DNA of 60,998 nucleotides, the filler included. It is 3 parts of 3 records of this genome, joined end to end, with 100 filler letters (N's around TTAATTAATTAA, not from the genome) between each part and the next. Parts side by side here need not be neighbours in the genome. Positions count along the whole stretch, not along the records: positions 49,275 to 60,998 come from DRR723986_8227; 2 more parts are not named here. The stretch is one strand, 5' to 3'. Positions 49,431 through 59,314 of the stretch are shown here, piece by piece. The position numbers and the translations under genes are program-made. Position 1 is the stretch's first letter. Each line of letters opens with the position of its first letter. The notes beneath the pieces were generated by a model. That model ran no database searches and was not told where the DNA came from. It was given only the letters and a program-made list of their open reading frames with translations.

Positions 49431-50158
49431 TACATTACTCCAGTTTCAAATTCAGTCGGAAGGCTGAAGGAACGGATTCGAATACTTTAACGCGACCCCT
49501 TCAAACTAACCTTTAGACTACCAACAACAAGCGTTTACTTGCACCCCGTTGGCCGTCTCCGCATCAAAAAGCCAGTTCCGACGCCGGAATTCAAGCCAGA
49601 ATTTTCCTCTGGCGCACATTGGCATTTGGAGTCATATTTTTGCAACACATTGATAATCCATCATTTTTTACAATTTTTCACTTTTTCATTTTTGCCCTTG
49701 AACTCCCGAAACGGCATCCCCATATCCCCCGCCCTTGCACTACTTTAAATACTTTGAGTTTATTTATGCTGTTTTTCTTACATTTGCTTTTGCTGCAGAT
49801 GCGAAATTCATGACTACACTGTTCAGTTTACAGGTTTGAAAAGCAAGTTTTTCTGTAGAGAAGAAATCGCATTTTCGATTTTGTCTATTTTTCCTGCCGA
49901 TTTCAGCGGTTTTTGGAACAACCAGAATTTTTAGTCCAGTATTTCTTGAGAACTACAGTTGAGATTGCGCCAATGGAAAACTCTCCGGTTTCCCAAATCG
50001 GCGAAATTTCCTCATACATTTTTTTATTTGATAAAAACGTGATCGCTACTTGAAAAGCGAAGTCGTAAAACAAATCTATTTGGCACGGTTTGCCTGCGCG
50101 CCCGGCACCGCCCCGCCCACGGCCCTCTCCAGTCCCCAATTTCGGAAAAGGAACTCCC

Positions 50159-50581
50159 ATGGCTGAACCAGAAGAAGGCGAGAGCTTCGATTCGCCGAAC
50201 CTGATGGCGCTCACCGCGGGAATTGTTTCCAACTACGTGACGAACAACCCGGTCCCGCAGCAGGATCTGATCGAGTTGATTCAGGATGTCCACGTTGCCC
50301 TGGAAACCGCGACCAACAACACCCCGACCGTATTCAGGGCTCCCCTCGTGCCGGCTGTGCCTATAAAGCACTCGGTCACTCCGGAGTTCATCGTCTGTCT
50401 CGAGGACGGCAAGAAATTCAAGTTTCTGACACGCCACCTGAAGACGAAGTTCAACCTGACCCCCGCCGAGTATCGGCGCAAATGGGGCCTGAGCGCGGAT
50501 TACCCGATGGTTGCACCCAACTACGCGCAAAAACGGGCCGAAATGGCCAAGGCCGCAAAACTGGGGCATCGGAAACGCTGA
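50159..50581 (+). CDS. mucR: Ros/MucR family transcriptional regulator
   Basis: LTAGIVSNYV, PAVPIKHSVTPEFIVCLEDGKKFK, YRRKWGL..DYPMVAPNY. ATG at 50159 with AAGGA RBS. Confidence 0.93.
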   Translation: MAEPEEGESFDSPNLMALTAGIVSNYVTNNPVPQQDLIELIQDVHVALETATNNTPTVFRAPLVPAVPIKHSVTPEFIVCLEDGKKFKFLTRHLKTKFNLTPAEYRRKWGLSADYPMVAPNYAQKRAEMAKAAKLGHRKR

Positions 50582-50622
50582 CCCGGTTTTGAAGACCGAC
50601 AGCGCAGTGCTATATTCCAGGT

Positions 50623-50898
50623 ATGGACTTCAGGCAGATGAAACTCAGCCCGCAGGCGCGCAAGGCGATCATGAGAAACGATCCCTCGGCGCAAATGAAG
50701 GCGATGGTCGAACTTGCACCGGGCAAGACCCCGGACGACCTGGCTATGCGCACCACCAGCGCGGGCACTCCTGAATTATTGTCCTGGAGCCCTCAAAGCC
50801 ACCTGATGACGTTGCTCGTCACCGCAGAAAACCTCAACTCGCTCGCTGAGGATACCGCTGTCACCTATATCCAGGTCGGCGGTGCGATGCGGCGTTAA
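50623..50898 (+). CDS. 91-aa protein resembling a free subtilase propeptide (I9-like)
   Basis: Aligns by eye to the prodomain of the neighbouring S8 protease (see findings). Confidence 0.65.
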   Translation: MDFRQMKLSPQARKAIMRNDPSAQMKAMVELAPGKTPDDLAMRTTSAGTPELLSWSPQSHLMTLLVTAENLNSLAEDTAVTYIQVGGAMRR

Positions 50899-50918
50899 CG
50901 ACGCCGCATCCTGTTTTT
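50886..50918 (+). terminator. Hairpin between the convergent small ORF and S8 gene
   Basis: GATGCGGCGT-TAACG-ACGCCGCATC then CTGTTTTT. Confidence 0.65.
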
Positions 50919-50931
50919 CACATCAAAAAGC

Positions 50932-52845
50932 TCAAATCACCGCATCGGTGCGCCCGGGCTGATCGGGATCGCGCAACAGCCGCAGAGCACGCGCCGCGTT
51001 CACCCGGCCAAAGCCCCAGGCAACATCGAACCCCGGTATGCCGTCCGGATTATCCGACGTCGCCATCAGGATGTTTGCGATCTGGGGCGCCGACAAGGAG
51101 CGTGCTTCCTGAAACAGCAGGGCAACGATACCGGCAACATGCGGGGCAGCCATGCTGGTGCCGGATTTCAGCACACGCATCGGGTGGACCCCGCCGTTGC
51201 CGTTGTTCCGTCCGCCTTGTGCACAGGACGCAACAATATTTGTTCCAGGGGCGGCAACCTCTGGCTTGTTCCGATTGTCGCGTGTGGGCCCGCGGCTGGA
51301 GGAAGCCGCCGGCGAAAGTGAATAGTGGCTGTAATTGGCAACCGCAATTGCCCTGCGAGTTGTTGCCGGAGTGCCGAGCGTGCGGACAGGGTCGAAATCG
51401 CCGCCCTGGAAGAAAGACTGATCGGCATAATTGTTGTCCCGGTCACGCAGATCACGCTCGATCCAGGCGTCGAACCGGCCGTTTTCTCCTTCCAGTGCCT
51501 CCAGTTTCAAGGTCCAGACACCGGACCTCAGCATCCCGAGCCCGAATGGTGCTTCCAGTTGCATGTAGATCCGCGCTTGTCCGTTCAAGCTCGAAAAGCG
51601 CTCCGAATCGATAAAGACCTCGTCCTGAAGCAGGGATTTACCAGGGGTGACCGGTCCGTACTGTGTTCCATCCGGTGCAGTCAGTGTCACGGCAAACCTG
51701 TCGACACTCGAATACCAGATCTCCAGCTCGCTCGACGTCCTGTCCGTTCCGGTCTGGGTGATGGTGCCATCGGGCAAAGGCATGCCACCACCCGTTTTCC
51801 AGCGCAGTTCCCGGCTTTCGCCCGTCTTGATGTTCCCGGCGGCATGCCCATGCCAGACATGTTCATTTCCCGCCGCGCTCACGAACGCCCGCCCCAGAGG
51901 CTCCAGCAGACGGTCGATCGCCCTTTCGACAAGGCTCTCCCCATCATGGCTACCGCCATTCTGCCCGAGGCTCATGTTGATCACACAGGGCATGTCGAGC
52001 GCATCCGCCTTGTTCATGATGTAGGCAACTGCATCGACCACGTGGCTGGAATCGGTAAATGTGCCGGACCCGTCGCGCGTATCCGGCTGAACAAAGATCA
52101 GCGTGGCTTCGGGCGCTGCTCCAAGATGCGCTCCTTCTGCAAAGTCGGAATCGTGCGATCTGCCATTGCCTGCCGCGATTCCCGCAACATGTGTGCCGTG
52201 TGAAGCCGCATCCGGCCTGTGCCGGACAACACTGAACGGATCAGACGCATTCAGTGCCTCGTCAATCTGGTTGGCCCCATACTCCACGCCATAGGCGAAA
52301 TCATCCGGCGCGCTCTCGCCCGGACGGGCGTCGAGGCGCTGGTCCCAGAGAAAGGCCAGCCTTGTGGTGCCGTCCGCCTTGCGGAAATCGTCGAGCGTGA
52401 AATCCATTCCGTAATCGATGATGCCCACCAGAACACCGGCCCCTGTGCGGCCCGGAACGCCGGTACTGCCCTGATGGACCGTGTTCGCCCTGGTTTCGGC
52501 AAGGGAGGTTTCGAGCATCGGAAACCAGCGCCGCCCGGCTTCGACAGTTTCCACCGACGGATGCGCATGCAGCTCCGCCAGCCTGTTCATCGGAAGCGAG
52601 ACGGAATAGATCTTCCCGGCCACATGTACCCAATGAAAGTCAGCAAAGGCCGCGGGCGGTTGATCCGCCTGCAGTTCGACCAGAACGCGCCTGACCTCCC
52701 CAAGCGGCGGCGACCCGGCAGAAGTGCTCTCCAGGGACGCGGGAGCGGACGGAATGGTGTCGAGGGCGGTTTCGTCGTCAAATGATTTCAGTTCTGCCTC
52801 GGCCGCATACCGGCGCAGCCTCGGGTCAAGTTTCTTTAGTTGCAT
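50932..52845 (-). CDS. S8 subtilisin-like serine peptidase, CspA/CspB-like (637 aa)
   Basis: Triad GIIDYG, SHGTHVAG, SGTSMAAP; oxyanion AAGNE; insertion between AGNE and TLGTP; ATG at 52845 with GGAGG RBS; no signal peptide. Confidence 0.92.
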   Translation of the reverse strand: MQLKKLDPRLRRYAAEAELKSFDDETALDTIPSAPASLESTSAGSPPLGEVRRVLVELQADQPPAAFADFHWVHVAGKIYSVSLPMNRLAELHAHPSVETVEAGRRWFPMLETSLAETRANTVHQGSTGVPGRTGAGVLVGIIDYGMDFTLDDFRKADGTTRLAFLWDQRLDARPGESAPDDFAYGVEYGANQIDEALNASDPFSVVRHRPDAASHGTHVAGIAAGNGRSHDSDFAEGAHLGAAPEATLIFVQPDTRDGSGTFTDSSHVVDAVAYIMNKADALDMPCVINMSLGQNGGSHDGESLVERAIDRLLEPLGRAFVSAAGNEHVWHGHAAGNIKTGESRELRWKTGGGMPLPDGTITQTGTDRTSSELEIWYSSVDRFAVTLTAPDGTQYGPVTPGKSLLQDEVFIDSERFSSLNGQARIYMQLEAPFGLGMLRSGVWTLKLEALEGENGRFDAWIERDLRDRDNNYADQSFFQGGDFDPVRTLGTPATTRRAIAVANYSHYSLSPAASSSRGPTRDNRNKPEVAAPGTNIVASCAQGGRNNGNGGVHPMRVLKSGTSMAAPHVAGIVALLFQEARSLSAPQIANILMATSDNPDGIPGFDVAWGFGRVNAARALRLLRDPDQPGRTDAVI

Positions 52846-53013
52846 GGATCCCTCCATCGCAGGAAAAACAAAGTCAAAAATACTTGGCCAGCATATCATG
52901 AAAGGCGAAGTTTTTCGGCCTGCACGTAACCCTCGTCGGGTCTTGTCAGCAAGGACTGCCATTCTCTTCTCGGATGAATGGTCAAACCTGCTTTTCGGGC
53001 TTACTCTCACCCC

Positions 53014-54984
53014 ATGGAGGAGACACAACAGCTCAAGACGCAGCTCGATCTGATGCAGGCCGCGCTTGACCACATCAATCAGGGCTTTTCGGCCTTCGAC
53101 GCCGATCTCAGACTTGTCGCGTGGAATCGAGGCCTTTGGGAAATGCTTGATTTTCCTCAGGAACTGGCTCGTCGCGGCACGCATCTGGAAGCGTTCTTGC
53201 GTGTCAACGCCGAGCGCGGCGAATATGGGCCCGGCGATATCGAAGGCAAGATCCAGCGCCGACTGGAACGGGCCAAGCTGTTCGAACCGCATTATTTCGA
53301 ACGCATCCGTCCAAATGGCCAGGTGATCGCCGTTTCGGGCACCCCCCTGCCGAAGGGAGGGTTCGTCACAACTTATTCCGACGTCACCGAGGATCGCCGC
53401 CGGCAGGAAAAGCTGGAACGAACGGTGGAAGAGCGCACACGGGCACTGCAGCAGTCGGAAGACTGGCTCCGTCTGGTGACGGACAACATCCCTGCCCTGA
53501 TTGCCTATCTGTCTCCCGGCCCCGTCTTCCGCTTCGCCAACCGCCGCTACGCCGACTGGTTCGGCCACTCGGTTGCCTCGATCGCGGGACGGCCGGCACC
53601 GGAAGTGGTTGGCGAGGACCTGTTCAAGGAGCTGGAGCCTCATATCAACCGCTCCTTTGAAGGCAATGCCGTCAGCTACGAATATCAGCGCAATCGTTCG
53701 GACGGCAGTACCGCCTACATGCGCTCGACCCTCATTCCGGACATGACCAAGGACGGCAGGACCCTGGGCATTTTTGTGCTGTCGCTCGATGCCACGGACC
53801 AGAAGCAGGCGGAAGCAGCGCTTGTGCAGTCTCAGCGCATGGATGCCGTCGGCAAGCTCACCGGCGGGCTCGCCCACGACTTCAACAACCTGCTTGCGAT
53901 CCTGATGGGCAATCTTCTGTCTCTCGGGCGTATGGAAACGCCGCTCGACCGGGAAACCCTCGACGGCAAGCTGTCACCAATGCTCGAAGCGACCAAGCGC
54001 GGCTCGGATCTGATCCAGCGCCTGCTTGCCTTCAGCCGTGGCAAGGCGATCGATCCCCAGAATGTGTCGCTTGCCAAGGTCATCGCCAGTGCCGGCCGGT
54101 TGCTGGAAGGCTCCCTGCCGCCTTCGGTCGACGTGACGATTACCGCTCAGGACAAGGAAATCGGCGCCTGCATCGACCCGACGCAGATGGAAACAGCGCT
54201 GATCAACCTGGCCTTCAACGCACGCGATGCGATGCCGGAAGGCGGCACGCTGACCATCACTTTGGATGCATGCGAGTTGGACACTCGCGAAGCCGATGAC
54301 CTGGGCATTCCATCCGGCAGGTTTGCGCGTATCACCGTCGGCGACACTGGCGGCGGCATGGATCCGGACACGCAACTGCGTGTCTTCGAACCCTTTTTCA
54401 CCACCAAGAACTTCGGCACGGGCAGCGGGCTCGGCCTGTCCATGGTCTATGGATTCATTCGCCAGTCAGGCGGCGCGATCCACATCTCCAGCGCCCTGGG
54501 CGTCGGCACCTATCTGACCCTTTATCTGCCCTATCAGCGTATCACGCCATCTACTGGCCGGGACACGGACGAGGGCGAAACGCTCCCCTTGAAACCGGGT
54601 CAGGGTGAACTTCTGCTTCTGGTGGAGGATGACCCGGATGTTGCCAACACGGTGACGGACCAGTTGCAGAACCTCGGATACGCGGTGCTGAGAGCCGAAA
54701 ACGCGGAAGACGCGCGAAGCCTGGCGCTGGACCTTCCCGAATTGCGGGGAGTGCTGAGCGACATCATCATGCCGGGGCAGATCAATGGTCTGGCCCTCGC
54801 ACGCGAGATCCAGCAGAAGCGTCATGATCTGGGCATTGCACTGATGTCCGGTTACGCCGACTGGTCCGATCTTGCAGGACAGGAATACGCCTGCGAATTT
54901 CCGGTCTTGGCGAAACCCTTCGCAGATGCTCAACTTGCAGACACCCTGCAAAAGATTCTCAGCCCCACACCAGATCCGGCCTGA
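53014..54984 (+). CDS. PAS-domain hybrid sensor histidine kinase
   Basis: Two PAS domains, GGLAHDFNNLL, NLAFNARDAM, DTGGGM, FEPFFTTK, GSGLGL, receiver LVEDD..D..KP; no TM segment. Start 53014 or 52978. Confidence 0.93.
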   Translation: MEETQQLKTQLDLMQAALDHINQGFSAFDADLRLVAWNRGLWEMLDFPQELARRGTHLEAFLRVNAERGEYGPGDIEGKIQRRLERAKLFEPHYFERIRPNGQVIAVSGTPLPKGGFVTTYSDVTEDRRRQEKLERTVEERTRALQQSEDWLRLVTDNIPALIAYLSPGPVFRFANRRYADWFGHSVASIAGRPAPEVVGEDLFKELEPHINRSFEGNAVSYEYQRNRSDGSTAYMRSTLIPDMTKDGRTLGIFVLSLDATDQKQAEAALVQSQRMDAVGKLTGGLAHDFNNLLAILMGNLLSLGRMETPLDRETLDGKLSPMLEATKRGSDLIQRLLAFSRGKAIDPQNVSLAKVIASAGRLLEGSLPPSVDVTITAQDKEIGACIDPTQMETALINLAFNARDAMPEGGTLTITLDACELDTREADDLGIPSGRFARITVGDTGGGMDPDTQLRVFEPFFTTKNFGTGSGLGLSMVYGFIRQSGGAIHISSALGVGTYLTLYLPYQRITPSTGRDTDEGETLPLKPGQGELLLLVEDDPDVANTVTDQLQNLGYAVLRAENAEDARSLALDLPELRGVLSDIIMPGQINGLALAREIQQKRHDLGIALMSGYADWSDLAGQEYACEFPVLAKPFADAQLADTLQKILSPTPDPA

Positions 54985-55136
54985 AGGTTATGCAAAGAGA
55001 ATTGCGATTGACCCATCTGGTCTGGTCCCGAGCCCCTTTCCAACTTGCCGGTCTCAGTTGCCAGGCTTCTCCGCTCAAACGATCCCACAGACGGATCGAA
55101 ATCAGTAACCCTTGATCCAGGACACAGGAACGCGCC

Positions 55137-55859
55137 TTGCAGACACGCTCCCTCCAGGCAACCAAACGCACGGTTTTCATCGTCGACGACGAACCGGAAA
55201 TCGGCAACTTGCTGCTGGATGCCCTTCTCCAGTTCGAGATGGAAGGCAAGGTCTTTTCCACGGCCTCACAGATGCTGATCGCACTCGGCCTGGAAACACC
55301 GGATGCCTGCATCGTCGATCTCGGCCTGCCTGATATGGAGGGCATGGCACTCATCAACGAGATCAGACGCCGGTCATCAGTGCCGATCATCGTTCTGTCG
55401 GCGCGCGGACATTCCACCGACCGTGTCATGGGGCTGGAACTTGGCGCGGATGATTACGTGGTCAAACCGTTTGACCCGCGCGAAGTGGTTGCACGTATCC
55501 GCTCCATTCTGCGTCGCTCGTCCGACCAGGCACCGGTGAAGGCCAGCGTCGACTGCGCCCGGTTCGAAGGCTGGACCTACCAACCCGCTTCCCATTGCCT
55601 GACCTCTCCGGAAGGCGAGGAAACTTTTCTGTCCACTGGAGAGGCCACGTTGCTGGAAGCTCTGCTGAGAGCTCCCAAACGCGTGCTGTCGCGAGACTAC
55701 CTGCTTGAACATGGCGGCCGTGACGAGAGCCTCGACAGGTCCATCGACGTGCGCATCTCGCGCATCCGCAAGAAGCTCAACCGCAAGAACGAGCCCGCCC
55801 ACATTCGCACCATCTACGGTTCCGGCTATATGCTGGCCTGTGATGTGAAGTGGTCATGA
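55137..55859 (+). CDS. OmpR-family response regulator
   Basis: IVDDE, VDLGLPD, GADDYVVKPF, RSIDVRISRIRKKL, IRTIYGSGY. Confidence 0.93.
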   Translation: MQTRSLQATKRTVFIVDDEPEIGNLLLDALLQFEMEGKVFSTASQMLIALGLETPDACIVDLGLPDMEGMALINEIRRRSSVPIIVLSARGHSTDRVMGLELGADDYVVKPFDPREVVARIRSILRRSSDQAPVKASVDCARFEGWTYQPASHCLTSPEGEETFLSTGEATLLEALLRAPKRVLSRDYLLEHGGRDESLDRSIDVRISRIRKKLNRKNEPAHIRTIYGSGYMLACDVKWS

Positions 55860-56545
55860 GCAACTCCGCACAGGAACTCCGAAAACTCGACGAAGGGCTC
55901 TGGACGCTCGATACCACCTTTACCAGGCTCGGCTGCAAGGGCAGCCTTCGCATGACCGTTCTGGAAACCTCCGGCGGACTGGTGCTCCACTCTCCGGTGG
56001 CACTGGGCAAGGATGTCAGGAACGCCCTCCGCAGCCTGGGCGAGATCGCGGTGCTCTTTGCGCCGAACCTTTTCCATCACATGTATCTGCACGCCGCACA
56101 GGACCATTTTCCCAATGCCCGTGTACTTGTTCCCAAAGGGCTTGAACGGAAGATCGGCAAGATCGCGAACTCGGAAATTGTCACTGATAAAACAGTCGTG
56201 GCTGATGGAGAAATCGAGCATGCGACACTGAGCGGGCACGACTTGAATGAAACGGTTCTCTTTCACCGGCGTTCGGGCACGCTGGTAACGGCTGACCTGC
56301 TCTATAACTATCAACCGGAACACAATTTCACAGAAAAACTGTTCTTCAGGGCAATCGGTTGCTACGGCGTGCCGGGAGTGGCCTTCTATCACCGCTACGC
56401 GATCCGCGACAAATCCGGCATCGCCCCCTTTCAGGAAGCCGTTGGCAGCTGGCCCGTGAAACGGATCGTCATGTGTCATGGCCGAATTATTGAAGCGCCC
56501 GAAGCCGCCGGTATTTTCACGTCCGCCTGGCAGCGCTTCGCCTGA
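55856..56545 (+). CDS. DUF4336 domain protein
   Basis: RMTV..GGLVLHSPV, APNLFHH, ETVLFHRRSGTLVTADL, MCHG; ATGA overlap with the regulator. Confidence 0.85.
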   Translation: MSNSAQELRKLDEGLWTLDTTFTRLGCKGSLRMTVLETSGGLVLHSPVALGKDVRNALRSLGEIAVLFAPNLFHHMYLHAAQDHFPNARVLVPKGLERKIGKIANSEIVTDKTVVADGEIEHATLSGHDLNETVLFHRRSGTLVTADLLYNYQPEHNFTEKLFFRAIGCYGVPGVAFYHRYAIRDKSGIAPFQEAVGSWPVKRIVMCHGRIIEAPEAAGIFTSAWQRFA

Positions 56546-56570
56546 CTTCCGCAAGACCAATCAGACAACT

Positions 56571-56603
56571 AAAAAAGGGCTGTCCACCGGGACAGCCCTT
56601 TTT
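56571..56603. terminator. Bidirectional intrinsic terminator
   Basis: AAAAAGGGCTGTCC-ACCG-GGACAGCCCTTTTT. Confidence 0.9.
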
Positions 56604-56626
56604 GCATCTTGGAAAGCTTCTGAAGA

Positions 56627-59293
56627 TCAGAAGCTCAGGGAAATATCCCGATGCCCGGACAGACATCCGGCAACATCCAGAGCCATATCCGTCGGCAAAC
56701 GGTTCTGGGCTCTCACACCGATATTGGCAGCCACGGCGTCATCGAAGGTTTCCAGCTGCGGCAGGATTTCCTCGGCCCCTTTGCGGCGCCAGGCAAGATC
56801 CGCATCCAGAGCGGCAATCGACTTGTCGATTTCAGCAACAGCTTCTTCCGCGTTCGGCTGACGGCTGCGCATGATCTTGCGGGCTTCGTTCAGGCCATCG
56901 CGGATATCGCTCGTGCCTTCCGCATCTCCAACCCGTGAACGCATGGCCGAAATCGCTTCTTCGGCCGCTTTCGGATCAAGCGTCGGCACTTCTGCCTTCA
57001 GGGCTTCGAGTTCCGGTTTGAAGCTTGCAACAAGATCAGCACCGTTGAGGATCGCCTTCAGCTCCGCGATCGGCTCGTAAGCCTGATCGACAGTCCGACG
57101 ATAGGTCATCCGGGCCACATCCTCTGCCTTCTGGATCTTGGCGAAGGTTGAATAGGTATCCTGCCAATCGGACGGGATCTGGGCCATCAGGGCTTCATGC
57201 CGGGCTTTCAGCTCGTCGATGCGAGCCTGAGCACGCTCACCTTGTGCAGCCGTGTAGATGCCGGTTTCTCCCGACCGGTCAACGATGACCTGAAGGTCGG
57301 CAATCCGGTCATCAAGACGGCGGGCATCGCGTTCGATGGCACGAACCTGTGTGTGCACCGGCTTGTAGGCCCCTGCCGCTGCTGCTACTTCAGCTTCAGC
57401 CTGATGGATCGCTTCCATCTGCGGCATGGCTTCCTTCGCCTTTTCCAGACCGTCCATGACATCATCGCGCAGATCTTCCGGCAGATAGCTCATGTCGATG
57501 GATTCGACCGACTGGATTGCCGACAGGATCTTGTCGCCGTTCTGCTGGAAGTCCTCGTAGATGAGGGTCTCCATGCAATACTGCAGACGCGGGTTCTTTG
57601 GCGGAGGAGCTGTCTCGGACAGCAGCGACGAGCGGTTCGGCAGATAGTTCACAAGCTGCGGATAGAGCCCGACGATGCCGAGTGCCAGCAACTGCAGGCA
57701 GATGAACGCAACCACGCCCTTGTACATGTCCAGCGTCTTGACCACGGCCGGTGCAACGCCGCGCAAATAGAACAGCGCGAAGCCGAAGGGCGGTGTCAGG
57801 AACGAGGTCTGGATGTTGAGACCGATCATCACGCCAAGCCATACGGCGGTGACGTTTGCCTCAGGATCGGCAAGCAGGATCGGTGCAACGATCGGCACCA
57901 CCACGACGGCGATCTCGATGAAATCGAGGAAGAAGCCGAGGATGAAGATCACGAGCATCACGATCAGGAACTGAGCCCAGAACCCGCCCGGCAGGCCTTG
58001 CAGGAAGTTCTTGACCAGCTCTTCCCCGCCGAAGGCACGGAAGGCAGAGGTCAGCATGGCAGCGCCGAGAAGAATGATGAACACAAGCGCAGTGGTCTTG
58101 GCGGTTTCCACCATTACTCCGCGCATGGTGTCTTCGAACTTCAGCGTACGCCAACCGGACCAAAGGACCGCGATCAGCAGCAGCGAAACAGCGATGATAG
58201 CCAGCACCAGGGCGAGAACATCGTCGCTGGTCTGGATCAGCTTGATGTTGACCGAGCCGAAGAAACTGACAACCACGGCCAGCCCCAGCAAGGCCAGAAT
58301 AGCCAGGATCGCCGGGCTGTAGGCTCCGCGCTTGCCGTCACGAAGGCGATAACCGGCCATGACCATCGCACCGACGGCACCGATGGCGCCAGCCTGGTTC
58401 ACGGTAGCGACACCGGCGATGATCGAACCAAGCACCAGGAAGATCAGGGCCAGCGGCGGCACCAGGGTCAGGACCACCTTGCCTGCGAACGCACGCGTGA
58501 AGGTGCCTTCTTCATGGACTGCCGGTGCCGACTTCGGATTCAACAGCGCGAAACCCAGAATGAACAGCATGTAGAGGCCAACCAGGACAAGACCCGGCAG
58601 GAAGGCACCCAGGAACATTTCGCCGGCGCTGGTCGACACGACAGAGTAGTCCGACGGCATCGACAGCTCGCCGGTGCTCGCCTTGTAAAGTGTCTGGCGC
58701 AGCGAACCGGCCTGATCGACCGCGCTGGCAAGCTGGTCGGCCAGAATGATCAGAACGATCGACGGCGGAATGATCTGTCCCAGTGTCCCGGAAGCGGCAA
58801 TCGTTCCCGTTGCCAGCGGCACCGAATACTTGTTGCGCAGCATGGCCGGCAGCGAGATCAGGCCCATGGCGACAACGGTTGCGCCGACGATGCCCGTGGT
58901 GGCTGCCAGAAGAGCCCCCACGAACACCACGGAGATACCGAGACCACCCGGCACCGGGCCGAACAGCCGTGCCATCGTCACCAGCAGGTCTTCAGCGATC
59001 TTGGATCGTTGAAGCATGATGCCCATGAAGACGAACAGCGGAATGGCTATGAGCGTATCTCGCTCGGCCTCCCAGTAGATGCCACGGAAGTTCGTCACCC
59101 CCGCGCTGAGCCACTGGCTTGGGCCACCGTGAGAGAAATACGCGCCGGGGTCGCCGGCAAACAGATAGCCCGATCCGGCAGCGATGCCGATGGTCAGGAT
59201 GGCCGATCCGGGGAGCGCGAAGGCGACGGGGAAACCCGACCCAAGCGCAATCGCCATCAGGACGACCAGGAGAAGAAGGAAGAAAAGTTCCAT
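56627..59293 (-). CDS. dctM: TRAP transporter large permease with a long C-terminal extension
   Basis: LIAIPLFVFMG, ASGTLGQIIPPS, QTSFLTPPFGFALFYL. Confidence 0.92.
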   Translation of the reverse strand: MELFFLLLLVVLMAIALGSGFPVAFALPGSAILTIGIAAGSGYLFAGDPGAYFSHGGPSQWLSAGVTNFRGIYWEAERDTLIAIPLFVFMGIMLQRSKIAEDLLVTMARLFGPVPGGLGISVVFVGALLAATTGIVGATVVAMGLISLPAMLRNKYSVPLATGTIAASGTLGQIIPPSIVLIILADQLASAVDQAGSLRQTLYKASTGELSMPSDYSVVSTSAGEMFLGAFLPGLVLVGLYMLFILGFALLNPKSAPAVHEEGTFTRAFAGKVVLTLVPPLALIFLVLGSIIAGVATVNQAGAIGAVGAMVMAGYRLRDGKRGAYSPAILAILALLGLAVVVSFFGSVNIKLIQTSDDVLALVLAIIAVSLLLIAVLWSGWRTLKFEDTMRGVMVETAKTTALVFIILLGAAMLTSAFRAFGGEELVKNFLQGLPGGFWAQFLIVMLVIFILGFFLDFIEIAVVVVPIVAPILLADPEANVTAVWLGVMIGLNIQTSFLTPPFGFALFYLRGVAPAVVKTLDMYKGVVAFICLQLLALGIVGLYPQLVNYLPNRSSLLSETAPPPKNPRLQYCMETLIYEDFQQNGDKILSAIQSVESIDMSYLPEDLRDDVMDGLEKAKEAMPQMEAIHQAEAEVAAAAGAYKPVHTQVRAIERDARRLDDRIADLQVIVDRSGETGIYTAAQGERAQARIDELKARHEALMAQIPSDWQDTYSTFAKIQKAEDVARMTYRRTVDQAYEPIAELKAILNGADLVASFKPELEALKAEVPTLDPKAAEEAISAMRSRVGDAEGTSDIRDGLNEARKIMRSRQPNAEEAVAEIDKSIAALDADLAWRRKGAEEILPQLETFDDAVAANIGVRAQNRLPTDMALDVAGCLSGHRDISLSF

Positions 59294-59314
59294 ATCAAGC
59301 GGTCTCGTCAGGCT

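Noticed and set aside
52846-53877. N-terminal 344 aa of the 981-aa ORF, suggesting a kinase-like/S8 fusion
   Set aside because: It is the antisense shadow of the histidine kinase. The real S8 start is ATG 52845 with a GGAGG RBS.
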